In this document: positions 18,169-27,978 of the stretch, piece by piece
Layout of the letters: each line of letters starts with the position of its first letter
Numbering within the stretch: the stretch's first letter is position 1
NCBI GenBank assembly: GCA_945865525.1
Contig: CAMBDY010000006.1
Location: 3,026-67,025, forward strand
Direction: 5' to 3'
DNA length: 64,000 bases
From: Nitrospira lenta
GTDB taxonomy: Bacteria > Nitrospirota > Nitrospiria > Nitrospirales > Nitrospiraceae
The notes under the pieces: model-generated
Database searches by the model: none
What the model was told of the DNA's origin: nothing
The model's input: only the letters and a program-made list of their open reading frames with translations
Position numbers and translations under genes: made by a program

Positions 18169-19677
18169 TTACTTGGGATTAACCGCGACAAACAGATTAT
18201 TCCCCTGCCGACTCAACAGCAGGACGGCTAACTCCTCTTTTTTCAGTTGTTGGGACGCCCGCTGATAGTCCTCGGCCGTCTTCACAGCTTCGTGGTTCAC
18301 TTCCTGAATCACGTCGCCACGCTGCACGCCCGCCGCTTCCGCCGCGCCACCGGTCGTAACCGACGTCACGACCACACCGGTCATCTTCGCCGAGATATTG
18401 AATTGGCTCATCAGCGCCGCATCTAGCCCTTGTACCCGGAGAGAAGCCAGGACATTATCAGGCAGCTTCACCGTTTCGGGCTGTTCCTTGGGAGCCGACG
18501 GCTCCTTCTTCGCCAACATTTCATCTGTCGGCCGTTCCGCCACCTTCACGGCAAGGGTCTGCTCCTTGCCCTCGCGCAGAACCTTCACCAACGCATCCTT
18601 GCCGACCATCGTGCGTGCGACCAGATTGCGCAACTGGCTCACGTTCTGGACTTCTTTCCCGTTAAACGCGATCACCACATCGCCACGGCGGATTCCCGCA
18701 ACGTACGAGGGACCGTTTTCGTTCACATCGCTGATCAAAACACCCTTCCGCTCCGCCGGAAACTTAAACGACTTCGCCAAGGCCGGCGTGATCTCTTGAA
18801 TCGCAACGCCCATCCAGCCACGGACGACCTTGCCGCTCTTCTGTAAGCTATCCACAATATCCAGGGCGATGCTGCTGGGAATGGCAAATCCAATCCCCTC
18901 CGATCCTCCGGTCCTAGAGAAAATAGCCGTATTGATGCCCATAAGCTCACCGCTCATGTTGACCAAGGCCCCGCCAGAATTACCCGGATTGATTGCAGCG
19001 TCGGTCTGAATGAAATCTTCGTAATCGGCGATACCGACACTACGACCCAAAGCGCTGATGATGCCCAGCGTCACCGTCGAGCTCAGTCCGAAGGGACTAC
19101 CAACCGCCAATACCAGATCGCCTACCTGCAACTTCTCATAGTCAGCCCATTTCAAGAAGGAAAGATCCTTCGCGTCAATCTTGACTACGGCCAAATCGGT
19201 CTTCGGATCAGTCCCCACCACTTTCGCGCTAAACTCACGTCGATCGCTGAGTGTAACCGTGATCTGCGTTGCGCCTTCGACAACGTGATTGTTCGTGACG
19301 ATAAATCCGTTTGAATTGACGATGACGCCGGATCCGCCGCTTTGATCGGGGCGGCCAGGGCCTCCGGGAGGCATCGGCGGAGGAGTCGGGAGTTCGCCCT
19401 CTGGCGCCTCTTCACCCGGCGGTCCACCAAAAGGCCCTGGCGGCAACGGCGCTCGCCGACCCTTGCCTCCACCCCCTCCACCCCCAGTCACCGCAATGTT
19501 CACCACTGCTGGAGTCACCTTCTTAACGATCTCTGAAAATCCTTGTGTCAGGCCGGCAGAAGTCCCGGCGAAAGCTACGGGTTCACCCGGCAGGACAGCC
19601 AACGCAACGGTACCCATGGCTAGACTCATAGCTGCGACAAGACCAAGGGTATTTCCCCCTTTACTCCGCGTAACCAT
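18169..19677 (-). CDS. htrA: Periplasmic serine endoprotease DegP/HtrA family (two PDZ domains)
   Basis: Catalytic GNSGGAL, TNNHV, two PDZ-like segments. ATG 19677 preceded by GAGGAGGAG at 7 nt. The track start 19716 is GTG. Confidence 0.9.
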   Translation of the reverse strand: MVTRSKGGNTLGLVAAMSLAMGTVALAVLPGEPVAFAGTSAGLTQGFSEIVKKVTPAVVNIAVTGGGGGGGKGRRAPLPPGPFGGPPGEEAPEGELPTPPPMPPGGPGRPDQSGGSGVIVNSNGFIVTNNHVVEGATQITVTLSDRREFSAKVVGTDPKTDLAVVKIDAKDLSFLKWADYEKLQVGDLVLAVGSPFGLSSTVTLGIISALGRSVGIADYEDFIQTDAAINPGNSGGALVNMSGELMGINTAIFSRTGGSEGIGFAIPSSIALDIVDSLQKSGKVVRGWMGVAIQEITPALAKSFKFPAERKGVLISDVNENGPSYVAGIRRGDVVIAFNGKEVQNVSQLRNLVARTMVGKDALVKVLREGKEQTLAVKVAERPTDEMLAKKEPSAPKEQPETVKLPDNVLASLRVQGLDAALMSQFNISAKMTGVVVTSVTTGGAAEAAGVQRGDVIQEVNHEAVKTAEDYQRASQQLKKEELAVLLLSRQGNNLFVAVNPK

Positions 19678-19827
19678 AACAGCGCTCCTCCTCAAGGTTA
19701 ACCAACGCGAGACCACACGCTTAACGACATATTGTACACTATCCCTTCCAAGGGCTTCAAAGGCTAATCGTCTCAGCCGGAGCCCCTCAGGGACCGAATA
19801 TACGACTGCTAACAGGATGCCATCGCT

Positions 19828-20610
19828 TTAGGACCCGGCTTTGGGGGTCTTCGCCTCTGATTCCAATAGCCCAAGCCAGGAGGTCTTAAGCTTCAGCAGC
19901 AGCTGCTGCGCCGCTTGATCAAACGACACAACCCGCAAGGTAATGGGCGCACCGGCATAGGTCGGGGGCCAGATGCGCCGATCCTGAGGACGGAGATAGA
20001 TCACCGGATACCATTGATCAAGTCCGGGCGCGGTCGGGGAATCCAAAGTGGCCCAGCCGCGTCCTTCGACCTGCATCCGGATCTCCTGATGCGTCACGTC
20101 TAATAGGGCAAACTCCAGGAGTGCCCAGTTGTCCCGACGAAAGCCAGGCACCAAATGCTTGTTGTCACGGGTCAGAAAGAGCATCACGGGATATTCCTGC
20201 TCTGTACTGGAGGCCACCACTAGGACTAGATAATCTAGCCCCCGTTGCCGACCCAGCTCTGCAAACTGCGCCCAATCCCCCTGCGATTTTGGTTTGATCT
20301 GGCCCGCAGGAATCAGCTCTTGTATTGTCACGGGAATCGCTTGGCCAATGTCCCGCTGCAGACTGGCGACGAGGCGCACAAGCGCCTCTTCCGGCAAATT
20401 CGGAGCAGCGTCAGGCGCGGCCGTATCCGACACAACGATCAGCCCTACCTGGAGTGGACGCTGACCAATCCCCGCGAGCGCCCCATCTCCAGCCCCACGC
20501 GTAAAGGAAACATAATCACCTATTCTGGCAGGCGGAATATCATAGGCGCAGGATGCAACAAACAGAGCACTCAGCACAAGACTGATGTGTTTAAACCACT
20601 GACGCATCAT
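19828..20610 (-). CDS. Hypothetical lipoprotein
   Basis: MMRQWFKHISLVLSALFVASC has a signal peptide plus lipobox. GGGAGG upstream of ATG 20610. No recognisable domain. Confidence 0.55.
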   Translation of the reverse strand: MMRQWFKHISLVLSALFVASCAYDIPPARIGDYVSFTRGAGDGALAGIGQRPLQVGLIVVSDTAAPDAAPNLPEEALVRLVASLQRDIGQAIPVTIQELIPAGQIKPKSQGDWAQFAELGRQRGLDYLVLVVASSTEQEYPVMLFLTRDNKHLVPGFRRDNWALLEFALLDVTHQEIRMQVEGRGWATLDSPTAPGLDQWYPVIYLRPQDRRIWPPTYAGAPITLRVVSFDQAAQQLLLKLKTSWLGLLESEAKTPKAGS

Positions 20611-20751
20611 GCACCTCCCGACTATAATAGGCTGATCCAACGTATTTCCGCATCCATCAACACGTTCGCTTCCCACTTGCAGATCTGTCAAGTCCACCGC
20701 ACGCGTGCCTTGCAATCGTCCCATCGCTCAGCTACGGTGTGCTACGCATTT

Positions 20752-21564
20752 ATGGCTCTAACGCCGCCGCGATTCACCGCAACAAGGCTGGTTCCCCTGT
20801 CACTCCACCCGACCTCAGATCCCATCGAATGGTCGATCGTCATTCCGGCCTACAATGAGGCCTCGCGTATCCTGCCCTATCTTCGAACAATCACGTCCCA
20901 CATGCGCGACCGGAGCCAGCCCTGCGAAGTCCTCGTAGTCGACGATGGCAGCACCGATGCCACGGCTTCCATGGTCGAAGCCCTCATCGCTTCTACTCCG
21001 GAAATTCGACTACTCCGAACCTCACGACGGCAAGGAAAGGGGGCGGCGGTGCGGCGAGGAATGAAGGAAGCCGTTGGACGGCTCCAACTCTTTGCAGACG
21101 CAGATGGCGCTACACCGATCCATGAGCTGGCCAGACTCGAACAGGCCCTGACTGACGGCGCAGACCTGGCTATCGGCTCGCGCGCACTCGCCACCCGATT
21201 ACCAGACTATGTCGTCAAGGCCCGCTTGCATCGAACGATGTTGGGCAACCTGTTCAATGCCATCGTGCAACGAAGCGGCCTCAGAGGAATCGCCGACACG
21301 CAATGCGGGTTCAAGCTATTCCCCCGAACTATTGCGCAAGATCTCTTTAGCGTCTCCTCCATTAATGGCTATGGCTTCGATCTCGAGCTGCTCTACATCG
21401 CGAGGCAGCGGGGCTATCGCATCGCTGAAATCCCGGTGAACTGGTCCGATCAACCAGGCTCAAAGGTCCATCCCCTCAAAGATGGGGTGACCATGTTATG
21501 GGAATTGGCCCTGATCCGACGAAAAAGCGCCAAGGGGAACTACGCGTCTCCCGCACATCAGTAA
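20752..21564 (+). CDS. Family-2 glycosyltransferase, polyprenyl-phosphate hexosyltransferase-like (ALG5/GtrB/ArnC-type)
   Basis: SIVIPAYNE, VVDDGSTD, FADADG, TQCGFKLF. Trimmed to ATG 20752, because the upstream part of the track ORF is antisense to the lipoprotein gene. Confidence 0.85.
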   Translation: MALTPPRFTATRLVPLSLHPTSDPIEWSIVIPAYNEASRILPYLRTITSHMRDRSQPCEVLVVDDGSTDATASMVEALIASTPEIRLLRTSRRQGKGAAVRRGMKEAVGRLQLFADADGATPIHELARLEQALTDGADLAIGSRALATRLPDYVVKARLHRTMLGNLFNAIVQRSGLRGIADTQCGFKLFPRTIAQDLFSVSSINGYGFDLELLYIARQRGYRIAEIPVNWSDQPGSKVHPLKDGVTMLWELALIRRKSAKGNYASPAHQ

Positions 21565-21755
21565 AGCGCTGATCCCGCCACAGACTGCGGCGCATGAAAC
21601 GCGAGAGACATTAGACCAGCGCGTAGGTGGCTCAGAAAGTTCGTCCAACAAGGCCACGGGCGAGTCGAACCTGGGGGCGTACCCTCAGGGGTCCATTGAG
21701 GATGGCGATGCGCCGAGAACGACGCTAGCAGACGTTTTGAGCAGCCGGAGAGACC

Positions 21756-23273
21756 CTACCGGAACTGCCGCACATAGATCGCAACCTTTCCGTCTTCATA
21801 CTCCTGCCTCCAAGCCGTTTCACGAGCCAACGCCTGATCCAATACGCTCTTTTTCTTCACGATCGCCCAATCGACTGAATAAGCGCTCAAGATCGAGAGG
21901 CGTGGCGGATCCGTCAAACTCAAGGCGACATAGTCCTGAAAAATCCTGTGAGACCCGCTTCGCCACGCCGGCATCCGCCCATCGATAAAGATCTTCTCCT
22001 CCGGCAACCACCAGAGCAGAAATCCTCCGTAGGGATAGTCGTTATAGAGGCGGGTCCCCACCAACTCCCGATGCGCCTGGACCCACTTTACCGCTTCAAT
22101 CGGATAGGGCGTGCCCTTGAAGTACTCAGCAGGCTGCAAGCCTGATTGTCCCACCCGCTGGAGATGGTCTGGCCCCAGCCAGACCAGAAACAGCCCCCCT
22201 GCGAGCGTCACCGCCAATACCCATCGCTTGGCATGGACAGCATCCAGACTCAATCGGCCCACCAGTTTTCCTAATCCTGTCGCTAGCAACTCGGCGCAAA
22301 GGGGAAGGCTGACCAGGAGAAACAATGGAATGTTTCGCATATGACGAAGCGACAAAATCAGGAACACGCTCCACAGCATCCAGCGGACCGGTTCAATACG
22401 ACGGTACCAGGCCACCATGGCCAGCCCCAGTCCACCCAAATAGATCGCATAGCTCCGGCCAGCGACCGAGTTCAACAGCAGAGGCTGCCATTCCTGTAAA
22501 CTCTCGAGCATAAATCGATTCGACAGGGAATCGATGATCTCCCCATACAATCGCCAGCCATAGGGATTCACCAACGTGACCAACGACGCAACCGCGCCAG
22601 CCACCACAAGCCGCCCGATTGCCGGCCAGGAGGGAATCGCTTCATCGAGACGAGCGGCAAGCCTAGGCGCCCAAGCGACCACCACTTTGATCATCGCGGA
22701 ACTGGCCGCCACGAGTCCCAACAGAAAAAGCCCGGCGGTAAACCCTCCGTGCAAATTGGCCCAAAGCAGAAACAACGGAGGGATGAGCCCAAGCACCAAG
22801 CTTTGCTCCTGCTTATTTCGTTCGAGTATTACCAGAAGCGTGGCAAGCCCCAGCAACGTAACCATCTGAGTTCTCGCCCCTAGAAATGGCAGAGCCACCC
22901 ACAAAGACAAGGCACAGGCGAGCAGGCGATACGTCCTGTTACAACGAACTGAAAGGCTTGCACCCAGCCAGGCTCCCGCTGTCACCGCAGCAAAAAAGAG
23001 AATGACGGCCAAAGCGCCGAACAAGGTATAGAATCCTCCGATAATCAGGTCGGTCAACCAAGCATGTTCAACCCAGGGCCAATCAGGCATGGTGTGGGAA
23101 TAGGGGTCCAGCGCAGGCAAGACCCCGCCCTGCTGCAGAAGATCGAGCCCGGTCCGGAGATGCCAGCCGAAATCCGGTTCCGTTAGAGGCTGGAGCGTAA
23201 AGTTCAGGATGACAAGCAGCAGCAACGCATCGAACGCGGGAAATGATTGCGCCCCCGTCCCCTCGTGCCTCAT
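21756..23273 (-). CDS. Polytopic membrane protein, GT-C-like glycosyltransferase candidate
   Basis: About 12 hydrophobic spans plus a C-terminal soluble domain. ATG 23273 overlaps the carbamoyltransferase stop (ATGA). The family assignment is unverified. Confidence 0.6.
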   Translation of the reverse strand: MRHEGTGAQSFPAFDALLLLVILNFTLQPLTEPDFGWHLRTGLDLLQQGGVLPALDPYSHTMPDWPWVEHAWLTDLIIGGFYTLFGALAVILFFAAVTAGAWLGASLSVRCNRTYRLLACALSLWVALPFLGARTQMVTLLGLATLLVILERNKQEQSLVLGLIPPLFLLWANLHGGFTAGLFLLGLVAASSAMIKVVVAWAPRLAARLDEAIPSWPAIGRLVVAGAVASLVTLVNPYGWRLYGEIIDSLSNRFMLESLQEWQPLLLNSVAGRSYAIYLGGLGLAMVAWYRRIEPVRWMLWSVFLILSLRHMRNIPLFLLVSLPLCAELLATGLGKLVGRLSLDAVHAKRWVLAVTLAGGLFLVWLGPDHLQRVGQSGLQPAEYFKGTPYPIEAVKWVQAHRELVGTRLYNDYPYGGFLLWWLPEEKIFIDGRMPAWRSGSHRIFQDYVALSLTDPPRLSILSAYSVDWAIVKKKSVLDQALARETAWRQEYEDGKVAIYVRQFR

Positions 23274-24997
23274 GCGTGGCGTCCCACGGAGGTCGGTTGT
23301 CTGACTAATAGATTGCCCAGCACCAGCCACTCAACTTCCGTGCGAAGGAAACAATTGATGGCCTCGTCCGGAGTGCAGACGATGGGCTCATTCACATTAA
23401 ATGAGGTATTCAGGAGCACGGGCACACCGGTCTGACGGTCGAAGGCTTCGAGGAGTAAGCGATATCGAGGATTGGAGGTGGCATCCACTGTTTGCACCCG
23501 CGCCGACCCATCCACATGCACCACAGCAGGAATCAGCCTCTTGGCCGAAGACAGGACTGGAACCGTCAGCAACATGAAGGGCGAGGGAGCGGGAAGATCA
23601 AAATACTCCGACGCCCTTTCTTCAAGGACCGAAGGAGCAAAGGGGCGGAAGGGCTCCCGGAGTTTCACCTTGGCATTGATCAGCGCCCGCATATCCTCGC
23701 GACGCGGATCGGCCAGCAGACTACGATTCCCCAGTCCACGCGGTCCCCATTCCATCCGGCCCTGGAACCAACAGACCAGACGGCCATTGGCCAACTCACG
23801 CGCCACCGTCTGGCAGAGTGCATCATCCGGAAGACGTTCGCCAGCGAGGCCTGCCCTCTCAAGCGCAGCCAAACATTCCGGCTCAGTAAACTCAGGCCCC
23901 CAGGCAGCAGACCGCAAAACCCTACGTTCCGTCATCGCGCCGCGCCGGTGGGTCAGCCAGAGGGCCGCGCCCAAGGCAGCCCCTGAGTCCCCCGCCGCCG
24001 AAGGGATATAGACCTCGCGGAATCCCGCCTCCCGCCACAAACGGCTGTTGGCCACACAATTATAGGCCACACCTCCGGCAAGACAGAGCCGATCGAGACC
24101 GGTCAATCGCTGCAGATAGCGGGCGAGATGCAGCAGGGTCTCTTCTAGGACTAACTGTGCGCTGGCCGCCACATCCTTATGCCGCTGCGTCACTTCTTCG
24201 TCCGGCTGTCGATTGAGGCCTAACAGTCTGAGGATGGCGGAAGAAAAAATTCGATGCCGGGCTAAGTGAAAATCGAGGATCTGGGTATTTAATTCGAACC
24301 CGCCATCGGGCAGGAGCCGGAGAACCTGTTCACGAAGAGCCGCTGCAAAGCGTGGTTCCCCATAGGCCGCTAAGCCCATCACAATATATTCATCGTGATC
24401 CGGCTTGAATCCCAGATAGGCCGTAATGGCCGCGTAAAATTGCCCGGCCGAATGCGGCAGGGGAATCCGTTTGAGCACCTGAATGTCGGGACCGTCGGCC
24501 CTGGCCAACATCGTCGTATGCGCTTCCGACGCGCCGTCTATGATGAGTACAGCGGCCTGGTCGAACGGCGACACCAACACTGTGCTGGCGGCATGACAGA
24601 GATGATGGTCCAGGAACACTGGTTTCGGGCAGGCAGTTCCGTCGATCTGCCGCGTGAGATTGCTTTGGAGAAAGGCCAGCTCCTTCCATTCCTGAGCTAT
24701 TCGCTCGGCGCTTCTCTTCCCCTTCACCCAACAGAGCTGCGGCGACCGCAGCATCGCCCCTAGGGCCAGGGCGCTCCGCCGGCCGACCTGCCAGTACTTC
24801 CAGGGCACCGCGACCGCATCGACGTCGCAGAGCCTCACGCCTGCCTCGCGCAGACAATACCGAATCGCCTGCACCGGCAGAGCTGTGACATGCTTAACTC
24901 GGACGAACCGTTCTTCTTCCGCTGCAGCAATGACCCGGCCGCTCTCGACCAACGCCGCTGCCGCATCCCGCATGTTCGACAGACCCAATATCAACAT
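23270..24997 (-). CDS. Carbamoyltransferase (NodU/CmcH family)
   Basis: MLILGLSNMRDAAAALVESGRVIAAAEEERFVRVKH N-terminus and overall length are typical. Trimmed to ATG 24997. Confidence 0.85.
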   Translation of the reverse strand: MLILGLSNMRDAAAALVESGRVIAAAEEERFVRVKHVTALPVQAIRYCLREAGVRLCDVDAVAVPWKYWQVGRRSALALGAMLRSPQLCWVKGKRSAERIAQEWKELAFLQSNLTRQIDGTACPKPVFLDHHLCHAASTVLVSPFDQAAVLIIDGASEAHTTMLARADGPDIQVLKRIPLPHSAGQFYAAITAYLGFKPDHDEYIVMGLAAYGEPRFAAALREQVLRLLPDGGFELNTQILDFHLARHRIFSSAILRLLGLNRQPDEEVTQRHKDVAASAQLVLEETLLHLARYLQRLTGLDRLCLAGGVAYNCVANSRLWREAGFREVYIPSAAGDSGAALGAALWLTHRRGAMTERRVLRSAAWGPEFTEPECLAALERAGLAGERLPDDALCQTVARELANGRLVCWFQGRMEWGPRGLGNRSLLADPRREDMRALINAKVKLREPFRPFAPSVLEERASEYFDLPAPSPFMLLTVPVLSSAKRLIPAVVHVDGSARVQTVDATSNPRYRLLLEAFDRQTGVPVLLNTSFNVNEPIVCTPDEAINCFLRTEVEWLVLGNLLVRQPTSVGRHA

Positions 24998-25170
24998 CGG
25001 TCTAACGCCCCTTCTCGCAGTATGCCCTCGGCTAGAAGCGCAGGATAGCTGAGGCCTTGCAAGCTCGCAAGGCATGACTGCGCCCTGTTGCATTCATCCT
25101 GGCATTTCGGTACGGTTGGGTCTTGAGTTTCAGCGACCCAACCCATCACACCATACAGTTTGTCTTGCCT

Positions 25171-27063
25171 ATGGCCATCACGCGACCCTCGGCATGCTCC
25201 CCTCAACAACGCACCCTCCGATGGGCCGTGCCCTTCTGTCTCCTCATCGTAGTGAATGGGTTCTGGGGCTGCCAAAAAATATCCTCCGCGCTCCAACGAA
25301 CTCAGGTGCCGGATATGGGTCCACGTCTGGCCAACTCGGTCAAACTGACCTTCGACCCTGCCTTTAGCAAGCTTACGCTGCCGTACATCGATGGGTGCAA
25401 TAGCCCGCGCGAGGTCAATGTGGGAGAAGACGCCACGTCAATCATGATTGATGCGACTGCTAAAAATTTTACTGCCGTAACCGTCACCGGCGGTATTGCC
25501 GCGACAGTCCAGCCGGACACAGAAATCGTAATCACGCTCCAACGCTCGAACCTCAAGCTCTTCGCAGATTCGGTCTATGACCGGGTACCCGCTGACATCA
25601 CCCTCGATACACTCGTCACGTTTAAGGATGCCACAGGAAAAGAGCTGGGACAGCAAACTATCGCCTTCACGCATAACCAACGACTGATACTCGAACCGCA
25701 GGGGAGACGCTGCGAGTTCGGCAATATCGGGGAGTTTGTGCATGACGCAGGGATCACCCTCGCGACGCATTTCATTGGCGCCGCCCGGACCCAGCTGGCC
25801 AGACCAGGAAACCCGCCATCAGCAGTAGTTCTACCCTCGCCGGCAAAACTCTCATCGGCGGCAACGACCCAGCCGGCCAAGGGTACGCCATCGGCTCTCT
25901 CGTTCAGAGCCACCGTACTGGACGAAAACGGCAATTTAGTCTTTGAGGGAGGCGAACGTATCAGGGTGCGCATCGACCTCGTGAACGGAGGAGAACAGGA
26001 ACTGCAGGGCGTCACCGCGACCTTGACGGGAACCGCCTCTCTGCTGGCCCAATTCCCAACTGCGACATTGACGGTCGGACGGCTGCAACCCGGTCAAGCC
26101 CGCTCCATCGAATTTGCGGCCACGTTGCCACAGGCCGTCCAACAGCAGAAGGCTGAACTCCACGTGGCCATCTCGACGGCGGGAACTAATGCGCAGCCAC
26201 CGTCGCAAACCCTGACCCTGTCGGTCCAACCAACTGGCATTAAATCTGACGACGTGGATCAGATCCCCGCAATGGCATCAGGGTTTCGGCAGCCCGACAC
26301 CTATCTCCTCTCCATTGGCATCGGAACCTATCGGGACAAACGAGTCACCTCACGCAAATTCGCGCCCTCGGACGCAGAAATCGTCTCACGCTATTTGCAG
26401 TCCATCGGCGGAATACCAGCCTCCAATGTCCGACTGCTACAAGATTGGAAAGCCTTACGCCCGGATATTGACGAAGCCCTGATGGACTGGCTGCCCTCCC
26501 GCATGAATAAGGATGCGGTCGTCCTTGTTTATTTCGCGGGGCAGGCCTCCGTATCTTCGACGGGAGAAACGTTTCTGATCCCCTACGAGGGAACCCTCGC
26601 GAGTACCTCACGCGCCTATCCACTCAAGGATTTAGAGGCAGCGCTCGCGCGCTTACACGCGAAACAGACCTTGTTTCTCTTCGATGGAATTGTCTCTCGT
26701 GTGGGGCTGGATGGGAAAACCAAGGCGGCCCTCCCCCAATGGAACCCTCCGGGAAGCGCAACCCTCCATATCATCGGAGTGAACGGCATCGGGCGGGGAC
26801 TAGAAGACGACCAGCATCAGCATGGGCTCTTTACCTACTATCTGCTACGGGCGCTACGCGGTGAGGCCGACACCAACCGGGATGGTGACGTGACAGTCGG
26901 GGAAACAGTGAGCTATCTCAGCCAGAAAGTGCTCTGGGCCTCCAAGGCCCACATGAACCAGGAGCAACGACTCTTGATTGCTCCAGCCCTCCGCGCAACG
27001 GACCCTTTGGCGGCTTTGATATTGGCCAAACCAGCCGCCATCCGAGGCGCCGAAGCGCACTAA
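25171..27063 (+). CDS. Lipoprotein with Ig/CARDB-like middle region and C-terminal caspase-fold (Peptidase C14-like) domain lacking the catalytic His and Cys
   Basis: Lipobox NGFWGC. Caspase-domain landmarks are LSIGIGTY, VLVYFAGQAS (GHG expected), TFLIPYEG, LFLFDGIVSR (DxCxS expected) and HGLFTYYLLRALRGEADTNRDGDVTVGE. Confidence 0.75.
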   Translation: MAITRPSACSPQQRTLRWAVPFCLLIVVNGFWGCQKISSALQRTQVPDMGPRLANSVKLTFDPAFSKLTLPYIDGCNSPREVNVGEDATSIMIDATAKNFTAVTVTGGIAATVQPDTEIVITLQRSNLKLFADSVYDRVPADITLDTLVTFKDATGKELGQQTIAFTHNQRLILEPQGRRCEFGNIGEFVHDAGITLATHFIGAARTQLARPGNPPSAVVLPSPAKLSSAATTQPAKGTPSALSFRATVLDENGNLVFEGGERIRVRIDLVNGGEQELQGVTATLTGTASLLAQFPTATLTVGRLQPGQARSIEFAATLPQAVQQQKAELHVAISTAGTNAQPPSQTLTLSVQPTGIKSDDVDQIPAMASGFRQPDTYLLSIGIGTYRDKRVTSRKFAPSDAEIVSRYLQSIGGIPASNVRLLQDWKALRPDIDEALMDWLPSRMNKDAVVLVYFAGQASVSSTGETFLIPYEGTLASTSRAYPLKDLEAALARLHAKQTLFLFDGIVSRVGLDGKTKAALPQWNPPGSATLHIIGVNGIGRGLEDDQHQHGLFTYYLLRALRGEADTNRDGDVTVGETVSYLSQKVLWASKAHMNQEQRLLIAPALRATDPLAALILAKPAAIRGAEAH

Positions 27064-27170
27064 AAGACGCCACCCCTGGACCCTTGGCATGGGACTCGCG
27101 TAAGCAATGCGAGCCATGACGCCGGCCCCTCATGCCACGACTCTTCGACCACACCGCCTCAGGGCCACAC

Positions 27171-27212
27171 ATAAAAAGAGAGGATGGAGGATTCATTCCT
27201 CCATCCTCTCTT
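27171..27212 (-). terminator. Rho-independent terminator (perfect 16-bp stem) after the cytochrome c gene; hairpin shared with the convergent caspase-like gene
   Basis: The arm at 27176-27191 is perfectly complementary to the arm at 27197-27212 (AAGAGAGGATGGAGGA / TCCTCCATCCTCTCTT), with loop TTCAT. On the minus strand the stem is followed by TTTAT. Confidence 0.7.
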
Positions 27213-27232
27213 ATACACACGCAACGATCGAA

Positions 27233-27679
27233 CTACTCGGGTTTGCAGAAGCTCCGCTCGTAATTAATGACCGTCCACGCCTCTTCTTCCGTAATCACGC
27301 CCGGCGTGAGCGACACCATGCCCGTGCCCTCACTGCCATGCTTAATCACCCAGAAGAGCTCGCCATCTTTCCGCTTCTTGTGGAACTTGCAATTCGTGAA
27401 ATTGCGGGGGCTCGGATTCAGAATCGCACCGGCTGGGCCCTGACCATTGCCTTCCTTACCATGACAATTGATGCACGTCCCCTTCCCCTCGAACAATGCC
27501 TTGCCCTTTGCAATGTTTTCCGGAGTCGCAGCGATCGGATTCTTCATGGCCTTCGCATCGCTCATCTGATCGGCCGGAACGCGGGACTTCAGCGGATCAC
27601 GCTCTTCAGCTCCCACCACCGAAACCGACAACATCAACAGCGCCGCGCTGATTCCCAAAAACTTCGCAACGTAACCCAT
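27233..27679 (-). CDS. Monohaem class I c-type cytochrome (periplasmic)
   Basis: Signal peptide, CINCHGKEG haem site, distal Met in GTGMV. ATG 27679 preceded by AAGGAGGGAG. Confidence 0.8.
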   Translation of the reverse strand: MGYVAKFLGISAALLMLSVSVVGAEERDPLKSRVPADQMSDAKAMKNPIAATPENIAKGKALFEGKGTCINCHGKEGNGQGPAGAILNPSPRNFTNCKFHKKRKDGELFWVIKHGSEGTGMVSLTPGVITEEEAWTVINYERSFCKPE

Positions 27680-27771
27680 CAGACTCCCTCCTTTGTGTTT
27701 ACCTACTGCACATGAACTCAACCTTAGCCGCTAGCTCGCATAATCCGTGACAAGATGACAAAACGCGGGCG

Positions 27772-27801
27772 AATATAGCAATGGCCTTTCACGTATGTCA
27801 A
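27772..27801 (-). promoter_or_regulatory. Sigma70-type promoter candidate for the cytochrome c gene
   Basis: Minus strand TTGACA (27801-27796), 18-nt spacer, TATATT (27777-27772), about 90 nt upstream of the start codon. Confidence 0.4.
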
Positions 27802-27978
27802 GCAATTCTGGGAACTGCCTCCACTACGCTAGGGCTGTCATGTCATGCCCTGCCCCTACACGCGGCTATTCCGCCTGTTGCCACCCTGTGGCAGCGCAGA
27901 AGACTTAACGCTCCTACCCAAACCCCGTCACAGGAGAACCGGTACGCTGCCGTCGGCGGGTACGCCCCGCGCAAACCG

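Noticed and set aside
21655-21700. GAGTCGAACC (reverse complement GGTTCGACTC) looks like a tRNA T-arm, so a possible tRNA remnant or att site between the convergent GT2 and membrane-protein genes.
   Set aside because: I could not fold a T-stem, acceptor stem or anticodon arm on either strand. Only a GC-rich 8-bp hairpin (CCTGGGGG-CGTA-CCCTCAGG) is present.
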